64,000 nt of DNA from the NCBI GenBank assembly GCA_010093815.1, contig ML996565.1. One strand, given 5' to 3'. A program made the translations under genes and the position numbers. The DNA is from Pseudovirgaria hyperparasitica. Taxonomy: Eukaryota. Below, one piece after another: positions 25,048-36,503 of this stretch. Below the pieces are notes generated by a model. It was not told where the DNA came from. It did no database searches and saw nothing but the letters and a program-made list of their open reading frames with translations. Within the stretch, counting starts at the first letter, position 1. Each line of letters begins with the position of its first letter.

Positions 25048-25581
25048 AAGTGGCACGGTGGTTAAGGGTTTACAGTCTGAGCATCCTTAAGTATTGACAT
25101 ATCATATACCACTTTTATCACTGTCTAGTCGTGCTTTGCTAATAGGATTTATCTCAGGCTAAAAAAGAGCAAGTCAATATGCAAGCTTATTACACGAGAC
25201 CGGAACCTTATCCACAGGGGGACTGGGATTGCTTGTGGGTAATTTGTTTGCGACAATAATTGTATGGACTAGGACCAGATAGTCGAATTGCGTGTAGATC
25301 AGATATCCAAGTAATGTAGGATCTCTCACTTCAAATGTGGATCTGACAGAACACGATGTGATCAAAGTACTTGCTTCACGTACCAATACAAGTAAACGAA
25401 CGAATACAATTTCAAAACAGGTATGCTTAAACTAAGCCAGAATTTGCTACAGAACCGTCTAATTCACGCCACCCAATATCCATCTCCGTACCACACAGCC
25501 ATGAAGCTTGATAGAAGCCAGCTACCCCATATTCTGTTAACACGTCCACAAAGCTACGACCGTGCCAACATCTCATGCCCC

Positions 25582-26662
25582 TCACGCCGCCTTTCCAGGC
25601 CCAAACGAGATGACAATGCTATATTCATAGCTCTTCGACGCATTCTCAGGCGTCATAATCGTGACCTTCGAAACAGTAAGGTCGCCCAGTTCAGAGCGAT
25701 AGTCCTTCAGCATCTGATACGCGCGCGCAACATGCGTCTGCGCCGCCATAAGCTGGAAAGCCGCCACCTCGTCCGGATTAGTAGACTTGGGATCCAAGCT
25801 CAAGTCCTTGGTCTTGTCGGCGCCCATCTTATCGAATGCGGCGCGGATCGCGACCGTGGACTCGAGCACGATGCCGCTGCTGTCTGTGGTGGGGATGGGC
25901 TGCACGTTGTCGTGTGCCATGTACTTGAGGCCCTTGGGGTTGCCGGCGGCGCGCCAGTTGCTCATGACCATGGAGGTCCAGCGCAGGTTGGGGTTTGGGT
26001 CATGGTCGTTGCCAAAGCTGCCCTTGACAATTATGGCGCCCTGGGCGGGGTCTTCGTAGGTGGTGAGGATCTCGTCGTTGGCGTCTTTCTTGGTGATGCG
26101 GTCGCCGCGCCAGGGGATGTTGACGTTAATGGGGAAGGTGGCTAGGTATTTCTCGTCGATGGGCTTGTCGTGGAGGGTGCCCTGGCCCTTGTAGCCGGCA
26201 GCGTCGAGGGTTGTAAGGTCGCTGATGTTTGTGTTAGATGAGCCGTATGAGAGGGTGTGTGGTGCTGTCTTACCCCTTGTTGCCCCCGTTGTTCTTGATA
26301 GCGTCCTCCAGGTCGGTAATCATCTTCGCACCCTTAGCCCGCTGGGCTTCCAGCTTGGCATCGTCAAACTTGATGCTCTTGCCATCGGCGACGTTGCCCC
26401 AAGACAAAGCCGGAGAGCTCGGTATGTCAGGGGAACTGGAAGGATCCCTGAAGGGGTTCGAAGGTGTATCCGAGTCTGGACTGTGGGACGGATCGCGAAA
26501 AGGATCTTTGGGAGGGTCTGGAACCTTTCCAGGTGAGATTCCTCGAGCGTCCAGAGAGTTGCAGGTCGTAAGATCTGCGTCTCTACAAACAGCACGTCCG
26601 TTGGCAAGAGGCAGGCTGCTCGCGAGGAGTGCGAGAAGAGATACAACCACGCTTGGACGCAT
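25582..26662 (-). CDS. Secreted protein of unknown function (effector candidate)
   Basis: Signal peptide MRPSVVVSLLALLASSLPLANG, an LDAR motif and a Pro/Asp/Ser linker. An intron at about 26273-26223 leads into an uninterrupted, C-ending-codon-biased frame down to 25582. Confidence 0.85.
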
Positions 26663-28167
26663 GTTGAGCAGTGAGTAGAAGGCGAATAAATGAGAAGATT
26701 TATGATAGAAATGATGCTTAAGGTGATGAGGCTTGCCAATGGAAGACTTTCTTGGGACAAAGTTGTCGTTATATACACCACCTCAATCGTTCTTTGGGGA
26801 GATATTTTAAGGCGCAACAGGCTTGCTTGATCCCAAGGTTCTTGAAGCTATGTTGTGATTATTCTAGATGGATGATGCAACATCGTCTTCCAATTGCCGT
26901 TTCACGGAACGTTGGACTTGTTGGAGTGGAGTGATCATGAATAGATGGCGGCAATGTATCACTGCCCGTGCGAGGCATACAAAGTTGCTGCTGACTTCGT
27001 TCCAAGCCTCCACCGTCTGTCAGATTGGATCATTGAGGAGCTATAAATGTAGGGACTATGAAACAATCGAGCAGTAAAGAATAGAACTGCTGCGACACTC
27101 ACAGTGGAGCCATATCGTCGGATACCCCTGAGGTACAATGGAGGTTGGTTTTATCATATTGTTATTATCGACGGGAAGGGATAACACTATCCATGTACCC
27201 ATCCTAAACGGTACAGCTGTAGTCAGGGACCAGGTCTTGGTCAGGGCTCAAGCAAGCCACTAGATTCTGACATTGCCTGTTTGTATCTCACCCAACAATG
27301 CCTGTTGAGTTACTGTTCTTTTATCACCGTTGGTGGGAGAATAAGCAAATGATATGAGTCTAGATCGATACGACCAATTCATAGTTCCTCGAAGATTCTT
27401 TCCGGCAGGGTTTTGCTTTGTCGTGATCACATGTGGACAATATTGCATGTTTGTCTTTGATGATGACACTAAATCTATCCTCTAGCCTTCGATTATCGAA
27501 CCTGTATGCCTAGAATATGAATGACTACGTACATAGCACTCTCTATTGTTAGTTATAATGCATGGTATCTGTAGATAATCGGCGCCAACCGGTTGGAGGT
27601 CCATGCATGGTTGCCTTCATTAGTAGGCCCGACAAAGTGGACATCTATTGACGAATCATATAGTACAAATTTAGGCTCAAAAGAGATGCGGACGGCGCAT
27701 CCTTTGCTTTTTCAAACATCGTCGAATCATACATGAGATGAGTTTTCAGGCTATCATTGGGCATCTACCTCACACATCCTTGCAAGCCCGTTATGCGGGC
27801 CGATACGGATCGTCTATGCAAGCCACAGTCGATGCTTACAAGGCTAATACATGTCATTGGAACAAAGTTTCCAGGCCTGGAAACACTAGTGCCGCAGAAT
27901 CAAAGCACTCCAACTTCTTATGTCAGTGTGGAATTTGCATCCTTCAGTTGGGTCAAATTTAGAGATCCAGAGAGTAGAGAAAGTTGGACAAGATGAGTAG
28001 ACACTGTCCTGAGGGCAAGTGGCATCGTATAAAGACTCTGTGATGTCTGTAGTTTATCGTTAACAACAATTACACTATCACTTTCACCAGCAGTGTTATC
28101 CACGTGCTTGCATCTTTCCAGAACCAATTTCTACAAATCCCATACTCTTCATTCTCGCATCTTCTCG

Positions 28168-29354
28168 ATGGCTGGCGCAATTGGCTTTGCCCTTGATTTG
28201 GCTGGAGTGATCCTCCCTTTCGCTCTAACCAACCCTCCTGATGTTCCTCCAATGGCCAAAACCAATATTCAGATCATCCTTGGTGATGGAGAAAGCACAT
28301 CCACCGCCGGCGGAGACTGCCCTCACATCGCCTTGTGGGACGATGACGGCAACCGAATTGGCCAATACCATCCAAAGTCCTGCGATATAAAGCAGGGTAA
28401 CGTGGGTAACTTCGTGGTCGAGCACTCGCAGACGACACCAAAGTACTCCCAAGCCGACCCCTACTACGTCATGGTATCACAGCTATCCGATGATGCCATT
28501 TGCGTAGCCTCCATCGCCGTCCAGGGAACAAAGATCTCCGGGTCGTTCTTCGGGGACACTGGGTGCGTCCAGAACGGTGCACTACTGTAGAAGATTGATA
28601 GTTAACACATAACAGGTACATGTGCGGCCAATCCTGGTACGCCTCAGAAAATCGCATCGGCAGCGATTTCACCAACCCCCGTTGTGTCTGGCTGGATGGC
28701 AATCATGACAACGGCATCAACGCACGCGCCATAAGCTTCCATCTGAATGATATGCAACCCAACCAAGAGAAGATGAGCCAGTACATGAGCAACCAAGACA
28801 CACTCTGCAAGTCTAGTCCGCGCTTCTCATTCTGGGGTAATCTCTTGCCCGACGGTATCCCGCCCTTTTTCTCGCCGCCCTTGACATACAAGGACGGCAA
28901 TGGCGCCGATACCGATCTGTCCAAAGTCATCGATGACCCTAAGAACCCAGTCGACAAGGGCGTGTATCTGCACCAAGGTGAAAGCCACAGACTTGCACGG
29001 TCGCGAACTCCAAAAACCACGCGCCGCAACGTCAGGGGCTGGAACCATAACCCGGACCACCTGGTTGTCTCGGATCAGGTCACTAGCTCGGCTAGGGAGC
29101 TCTGTACCCACCCGAACTCATATGGCTGGGACATAGTTTCAACAAAGGAGAACCTGTTCTGCGATATGGAGCACAAGAAGCTTTATCCGCTGTGCAGCAA
29201 CGCGGTCACTGATGGCTGTTTCGACTTAGATGCGAAAACACTGCGAGGGCATTTGAATGCCAGAAGTGATGATACGGTAAAGATGAGGTACGGTAGAAGC
29301 TATGCATCGACAGCGCATTGGAAGGAGCCTAAGCAAGAGGACAATGGTAACTAG
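28168..29354 (+). CDS. Cys-rich fungal protein of unknown function
   Basis: Exon 1 (MAGAIGFALDL...GGDCPHIALWDDDGNRIG...DAICVASIAV...FFGDTG) joins through intron about 28563-28615 to YMCGQSWYAS...PRCVWLD...CKSSPRF...SARELC...FCDM..KKLYPLC...CFD. Confidence 0.85.
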
Positions 29355-29705
29355 AGGGGTGTCGTGAGAGATCGATTGTTCGAGTTCATGCACTTGGAGC
29401 GCAGCATTGCGAGGATGTTCAGACTGTAGTCGTTTGCATTGGATGACTTTCGTACTTTATAGAGTGTTATTTTTTTTGGCTTGTGATATGCTTTGGGAGT
29501 CAATTCAAAGAATGTTCTTCGACCGAACTGCTCAAGCCCCTGAAATAGTGACAGGTTTGTATCTGTCTTGGTCAGCTATCTGACCTTTGACGATGATAGA
29601 ATGATTGGCAGGCTACCTATGAGGACCCGTCGAAAGACTTCAGAACCAAAGATGTGAAGGTCATCGTGCTTGGTTTTTGTTGGTCTTCATGCGATAAGTT
29701 GCGTG

Positions 29706-30020
29706 TCATTGAGCACATGGAGCACATCTGTCATTCTTTTCGCTGGGGGGACGTGATCTCATCACCGTCTCTGTCTCTGTCGACCCTCACGACCCTCGGT
29801 ACCATCATCTTTAACTTCTCCTTGTCCTGTTCGGTCGGAACCATGCCAAATTTCTCTTCAATGGCGTCCGAGAAAACCAATCCCAGACCAGCGTAGCCTA
29901 TAACGCCTACGCCGAGCAGCAGACGGTGCTTGGAGGAGAGCCCGCGATATTTCCTTCACTGTGATCAGCTATCGTGTGTGCGATGACGGTAATAGTTACT
30001 CACTGCCACCAGTACGACAT
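29706..30020 (-). CDS. Small conserved single-TM fungal protein (about 87 aa)
   Basis: 17-nt first exon plus intron 30003-29954 gives MSYWWQKYRGLSSKHRLLLGVGVIGYAGLGLVFSDAIEEKFGMVPTEQDKEKLKMMVPRVVRVD...; missed by the ORF track. Confidence 0.75.
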
Positions 30021-30473
30021 ACTGGAATGAAAAGGAAAGACAGTAAGTGAGCAAAGAAGTGACGTCGGAAGAAGCGCGTACTGAAGCTTCCAACATCTGG
30101 TACCTTAGCGGCAACAACTCCGACGAACCTTGGGGCGGATCTGATGCTTGGCGATATTCAGGGTCTTTCGGGAGTCTTCACAGACCGGAAATCTGTCCCT
30201 TCTCCTTTGGCAACCAATTCACTCAGCACAATCTCAAACTCCTCGCACATATTCCGCAAAGCTGTCTCTTCGTAGCAGCACCAACCTGCCTCCCGAATAT
30301 CCTGTTTCGCGTCCGGCGTAGACGGGTTGAGTGTTGTCTGGTAGCTGTGCCAATTGGCGCTCGACCATGAGCACCATCTGAAGCTCAAACTCCTCTCCTT
30401 AAGCTCAAACTTAACGAACTCGATGATCGATCCCGTTTGATTTGCGCCGTAGCTGCACGACGTTCGACCAGAT

Positions 30474-32180
30474 ATGCCACCCGGGTTTCGTCGATCCTCG
30501 AGCTGGAAGCGCAACCCGACCCATATCTTCAAATTCATTGCCGCAGCCTTCGTTCTCTTCTTCTACTTCATATTCACCGTCTTCGGAGAAAGTCCGCATG
30601 CACCTCGCAATGGTGCTAGGATACAATGGGACGGGTTCATCAATGGCACGGGTGTGGTGGATGAACCGAGGGCGGCGCGAGTCGTTGAAGCCATGAAACA
30701 TACATTCTGGACGTACAAGGAGCACGCATGGGGTGCTGATATGATCCTACCAGTCTCTGGGCATAAGAGCAATAAACGAGGTGGTTGGGGTGCAACAATA
30801 GTCGATTCAGCAAGCACGTTGGCAATCATGGAACTATGGGAAGAGCTGGAGCTTGCTGTGAACCACATAATCGAAGGAATCGATTTTACGAAAACCGACG
30901 ACTTGGTGGATCCTTTCGAGACTACCATTCGTCATCTCGGAGGAATGGTGTCTGTGGTGGATCTGTGGGACGCAGGCATAATACCTAAAAAGGTCATTTC
31001 CAGAGAGAAACGCGACAAAATAGTCAAACAAGCTGTGATACTCGGCCAGAAATTAGGACCAGCCTACGACTCCCCAACAGGCCTGCCCTGGCCACGGGTT
31101 GACTTCATGACCAGCAAAGGAGTTCCAGATCCTCGCCAGGAAGAGTTGCAAGAGGATGGAAAACCTCGATACGCGCATCCCACCATTGGTCCAGCCCGCG
31201 CAGGCTCAAACATCCTCGAAAACCGCGTCCTCAGTCGCCTCACACACAACCCGATCTACTTCCAGAACTCGACTCTCGCCTGGTCCCCGCTCGTATGGAC
31301 CAAATTCTACGCCCCAGCCAGGGGCATGGTCAGCGGCCCAATCGACATCCAGACTGGCGAGCCAGTAGGCCGCCAACACCACTGGGACGGCGGACACGAC
31401 AGCTACTACGAATACCTCCTCAAAATCACGCTTCTCACGCCACAAGACCGCTACACGCCAATGTACAAGAAGCAATGGGAGCGCGCCGTACACTCCCTGC
31501 GTGATAACCTCGCCTCGCGCAACCGCCCCTCCGCCACATACATGACCCAACACCTTTTCCTCGGCAAGCGCGACGACGACCTCGACATCAACACGCAATC
31601 CCAGCTCGCCTGCTTCGCCGCCGGCAACATCCTCCTCGGCGGCGCACACCTGCAAAAGCCCTCCTTCATCGCCCTCGGCAAAGCCCTCGTCGAAGCATGC
31701 CACCACACCTACGCATCCACCCCAACCAGCATCGGCCCCGAGAAATGGGCCTGGAGCCCAAAATTCGGCGTCCGCGACGCCACCGTCACCCCCGAGACTG
31801 AGCGCCAGCAGGCAGAGTGGGCAAACGCCGGCTTCTGGGCCATCAACCCATCCTTCCGCCTGCGGCCCGAATACGTCGAGAGTCTGTTCTACGCATGGCG
31901 CATCACCGGCGAGGCGCGCTATCGCGAGTGGGCGTGGGACGCCTTCGTTGCTATCGAGACGCATTGTAAAGCGCGCTACGGATACGCAGGCTTGAAGGAC
32001 GTCATGGTTGCTTCGTCTGCGGACGGCGCGCGCGACGAGGCGCAGATGGACGAGAGCGAGAGCTTCTGGCATGCGGAGACGCTGAAGTACTTCTGGCTGA
32101 TATTTGCCGACTCGCGTGTTGCGAGCTTGGATCGCTGGGTGTTTAGCACCGAGGGCCATTTGTTCAGGATGATTCGTTGA
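30474..32180 (+). CDS. Class I alpha-1,2-mannosidase (glycoside hydrolase family 47)
   Basis: Type II membrane anchor; YKEHAWGAD, GWGATIVDS.STLAIM, FETTIR.LGG, DSYYEYLLK, LACFAAG, LRPEYVES.FYAWRITG, ESFW.AETLKY and FSTEGH. Confidence 0.95.
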   Translation: MPPGFRRSSSWKRNPTHIFKFIAAAFVLFFYFIFTVFGESPHAPRNGARIQWDGFINGTGVVDEPRAARVVEAMKHTFWTYKEHAWGADMILPVSGHKSNKRGGWGATIVDSASTLAIMELWEELELAVNHIIEGIDFTKTDDLVDPFETTIRHLGGMVSVVDLWDAGIIPKKVISREKRDKIVKQAVILGQKLGPAYDSPTGLPWPRVDFMTSKGVPDPRQEELQEDGKPRYAHPTIGPARAGSNILENRVLSRLTHNPIYFQNSTLAWSPLVWTKFYAPARGMVSGPIDIQTGEPVGRQHHWDGGHDSYYEYLLKITLLTPQDRYTPMYKKQWERAVHSLRDNLASRNRPSATYMTQHLFLGKRDDDLDINTQSQLACFAAGNILLGGAHLQKPSFIALGKALVEACHHTYASTPTSIGPEKWAWSPKFGVRDATVTPETERQQAEWANAGFWAINPSFRLRPEYVESLFYAWRITGEARYREWAWDAFVAIETHCKARYGYAGLKDVMVASSADGARDEAQMDESESFWHAETLKYFWLIFADSRVASLDRWVFSTEGHLFRMIR

Positions 32181-32602
32181 ACGAGCATTACGTTTTTGTG
32201 GATGCTGGAGATGCCATCATTCTTGTATGATGGCCAGGGAAGAGGAGAGATACGATACCCCTCATATTGCGGTGTTACGGAGTTGGAATTGTAAAATGAT
32301 ACTAAGGGAAATATAAGAATTGATTCTACGCATGAACGCGTCACATAGCATCACCACTTTGAGACGTATAACAAGCTTAGTCTCTGGAGGACATCATTGG
32401 AAAAAAAAGAGGATATATGTATATATATGCCAAGACTAGCTATTCTATGCATATGCATCCCAGTACGCTTACCCATACAACCCAATCATCCATCCGTGCA
32501 TCCATGATCAGACTCCTCAGACTCGCTCAAGTGCACAGAAACAATGAAACGCTGATAAAATCTTGAAGAAAAAAAAATATGCACTGCCAACGACCACGCT
32601 TT

Positions 32603-35600
32603 TCACCGCCACGCCTGAATCCCCGCCCACGGATCTTGTTGACTGCCCTGGCCCTGGCCGCTCTGCCTCGTTTGGTGATGCGTATAGCCTCCTGGGCCAT
32701 TCGGGTAGTTCTGTGCCTGCATGGCAGAGTAGTCTTGCTGAGGTGGGGGACCAGGGGGTGGGGGTGGAGGCACGTATCCTTGAGGCATGCCGGGATATTG
32801 CTGGTGCTGGACTTGCTGGTGCTGGTGCTGCTGATGCTGATGCTGATGCTGATGCTGATGCTGATGCTGTTGCTGCTGGTGGGGCTGCGGTGTGGAGCTC
32901 TGGTATCCCGTGTATGGCTGGTGTTGTTGTGCGTGCGGAGGGGCATTGAAGTATTGCTGGGTAGGAGGAGGGGACACAGGGCCGTATGCGTTTGGGTTGT
33001 AGGGCTCACGTTGCTGGTACGATTCGCGCCGAGGGGGTTGATGCTGAACCGGGTTGTATGAGCCATTTGAAAACGTAGCGCCCGGAGGGGGTGACTGCAT
33101 AGGCTGGCCGTACTGAGTGGTTGTTTGAGGAGCACCGGGGTTGTAGCGGGGTGATGGCGTAGGTTGATAGGCTGAGTTGTAGGTAGGGATATTTTGTAAG
33201 TTTGGAGGTCGTGGCGTTTGTTTTGGTTTGAGCGGCGATTGAGGCGGCTCCATGGACATTCGCTGCATGAGCTCTTCGATCCGTTTTCGTTCTTGGTCTG
33301 CTTGAGCACTGCCTTGGCTTGCTTTCGCGTTCTCGATCGATGATAGCAACTGTCCACCTTCGGATCTACGATTGTTGACGAAGGTCTCGACGTTCTTTTG
33401 AAGACTTTCGACAGTCTCCTTCATCTCCGTGTAGAATGCTTGTGCCCTCATTAGACCTTGTATGAGATCATTGAAGGCTTGGAAAGTTTTGCGATATTTG
33501 CTCATCACGGAATTCCGCTGCCGCGAGAACGCCTCATACTTGGTTTGCTCTGACCGTACACGTTTGTCTTGTAGAAGATCATTGTATGTTGAAGTTAGCT
33601 CCTTAAGAACAAACGTTTGTTTGTGATTTGCTTGAGAGATGCGGTTTTGCAGCGGTCTGAACTTCTCGAGTTCGACTTTGAAGATCTGGTTCTCCTGGCC
33701 AGTAGCCTTCTTATTGAGGATGAGAACGTTGGAGATATCGTCAGTGTGGACCTGGTGAAGGTCAGTGGAAAGCACGCGCAGGCTAGGTCAAAACTACACA
33801 CCTTTTCTTTCAGATCCTTCAAATTAGACGCACGCTCTCTTTTGATCAAACTCAACTTCCGCATGAGCTCCTCAACCTTGTGTATTTGCTCAGCCACACT
33901 CGGTCCCCCTTCGAAATCATCATCCAGAAGGCTCCCTTCAACGCCAATTGCAGGGCTCCCGACCCCTTTCCCTTTCCCTCTCGAGGCTCCTGCTTTGATC
34001 AATGCCCTTTGGTATAAGACATCTGCCTCGTCTACCTCACCAGCGGACCGCATTTCGTCGAAATCAGACTCATATTGTCTGAATGTGCTGTAAAGCTGCG
34101 CATCACTTGTACTCGCCTCTTCGACGGCTCCTCGGTAATTCCTTATGTCGCTCCGTAGTGTCGCTGTAAGTCGTGAGCTTGGCTGCTGAGACCACTCTGC
34201 GCCGTATTTCGATCTCATCTTCTCGCATACGCTTTCCTCCATATCCAATTGCTTTTGACTTGTATCTAAGAGACCCGATATTTGCGACTTGTCTGACTGG
34301 AGTTGATCGAATGCGCCTGTAAAAGGTTGGTGACCTGCGAGCTCTTCGCACCACCGCCTGAACTCGCTATCAACGATCTGATCTTGATCCATGCCCCCCT
34401 TTAAGATATTCAGGCTTTCTGGTAGTTTCAAGTAATCAAGACTTGCAGCCATCTCATCGTTGGCAATCTCAACCCGTTCGCTTTCCGCTCGAATGAGCTT
34501 GGCTTTTTCTTCATCGTACATACTTGCTTGTTCAGTCACAGACATAGGCACAATTTTCTGAAAGATATCTGGGCCTATAATGCGCTGGATATCTTGCCCT
34601 TGATATAGTTCGCTGACTGGTATTGCTTTTGCCGCTGGGAGCTTCGGTATTGATGGTAGTGTTGCCTCGGCTGGTACGACCGCGTGGTATATGAAGTCGT
34701 TGTCCTTGGTAAACTCTTGAAGCTTCTCTTGAACGTTTGCTAGGTGCTTTTTTGTCATCTCCGCTAGTAATTGCCCAGTCTCAGAGCTCAAATTTGCGTT
34801 TGCAGGTACAGAACTGGGAAACGAGCAGGCTATTTTACTGGCTTCTCGTGCTTCAGCCTCAGCGACCTGCAATCGACATATCGCTACTCCATGAGAATTC
34901 GCATCGTTATCTGCTATAGCTTGGTAATAATGGGCCATCGATACCATATATTTTGTCTTGATCTGTATATTCGCTTGTCAGCCATACGCCACGTTAGACC
35001 TCTGGAGACCAGTAGACGTACCTGGACGACTTGATACCACACTTTTTCAAAGACAGCTTTCGTGACGTTCTCCTGAACACCCTCTTGAGCTTGTCCATAT
35101 AGATACGATGCTTGACTGGCGAGTTTCGCCAGAAGCCCAACTTTCTTGCCATCTGCGACTTGCTTTTCAAGGAAAACCTCTTGTCCTTGCGCCAGCATGA
35201 TAGCGATAAGCGTCTTTACAGTTTCTCGGCTTAGATCGGTTGACGGTGCGTGAAGGAAGTTCTCGTTGATATAGGTAAACATCCCAGCAGACGCTTGGAA
35301 AGAGTGGTATGCAGTCTTTAATCCTGTATCTTCATATCTATTCTGAAGTGCCGCATGGCATGACAGTACGGCGGATATGTTGAATATTATGGAAGCCTTT
35401 TCATACGCCAGGGAGTATTGAGAGGTAGGTTTATGCGTGAATGCGTCGAACCTGCATGCTTGGTCAGCACCATGCAATAATAATGGGTACAGACATAGTA
35501 TCATGCTCACCAAGTGAATTGTATCTTGATATGGTTTTCATCCACGGGAAATCTGAGGTCCAATAGCTCCAGTTGCCCATAGTATCTGTACAACAGGTCT

Positions 35601-35791
35601 CGCCCTGCCGCGCTGTCTTTCCCAGCTCCTCTCATGTCCTGCCGAAGCCTGTTCAGAGTTGCGCATTCTTCCGAGTACCTCTCAGGGTCATCGCCATAGG
35701 TCTGTCTGATGTACCCTTTGAGTGGATGTATCCAGTCGACTTCGTTGGTTTGTTTCAGAGGAGACGAGAGCATAGGCGCTTGGGACGCCAT
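32603..35791 (-). CDS. BRO1: Vacuolar protein-sorting / ESCRT-associated protein BRO1
   Basis: Bro1 domain (LNRLRQDMRGAGKDS..GRDLLYRYYGQLELLDLRFP, SLAYEKASIIFN, KDNDFIYH), ALIX V-domain and Pro/Gln-rich tail; four exons. Confidence 0.96.
32806..32880. repeat. Coding microsatellite (CAGCAT)n giving a Gln/His tract in BRO1
   Basis: (tgctga)n run on the + strand, encoding QQQQHQHQHQHQHQHQQHQHQQ. Confidence 0.95.
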
Positions 35792-36503
35792 ACTAGGAGC
35801 CTTGCTAGTTGTTACAATAGAAGCTGTACTGGAGGTCCTCGAGGAGTGTGCGCTTTGTTGCCCAATGCTGCCAGGCTTGTTTTATCACAACACTTGCGCT
35901 GACCCTGGCGCCTCCGCGATGTCCGAGTCGGGTGTACGTATGTCGGTCGTTTGAGGGTAAGGATAAAGTTGCAGTATTCCACGCTATTGGTACCTCCCAA
36001 GATTTATTGATCAGTTCTGTTCCACGGCCTGCAGAATATACGGCCTCGAAAGTGGTCGCAGGGCAGGATGGAGATGCGTCGCGGGGTGGTACTAGTAATG
36101 AATGTTAATTGAGGATCTGCCTACTAAGCGCCCGACACTTTAGCCCTTCACCTGCGCCACGCCCTGTTAGTGAACATTACATGGAAGCTTAGCAACGGGA
36201 TTCGCTAATGAGATCGAAGAGAGCACAGGCTAAGATGATCAATCTTTGAGCTAATTATATGTATCGCTGCGTTGTTGGGTACAAGGCGCTAATAGTAATG
36301 AATAGTATATGTACAGCCTGAGTTGAGAATCTACAAGCATATTTTTTTCCAAACATCTATCACGCCCATGATGACAGCCTTTGAACGCCAAACGCTAATG
36401 TTATGCTGCCATATTCCACTCACTGCCCGGGATCTATGGTCACTGGAAGTGCGGTCGTAATATACATGGTGTGGAGGTGGTTGTAGGTGTTGATAGCATC
36501 AGT

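Noticed and set aside
25423..26145. 240-aa plus-strand ORF
   Set aside because: Antisense shadow of the secreted-protein gene; not protein-like.
31206..32159. 317-aa minus-strand ORF
   Set aside because: Antisense shadow of the C-ending-codon-rich GH47 gene.
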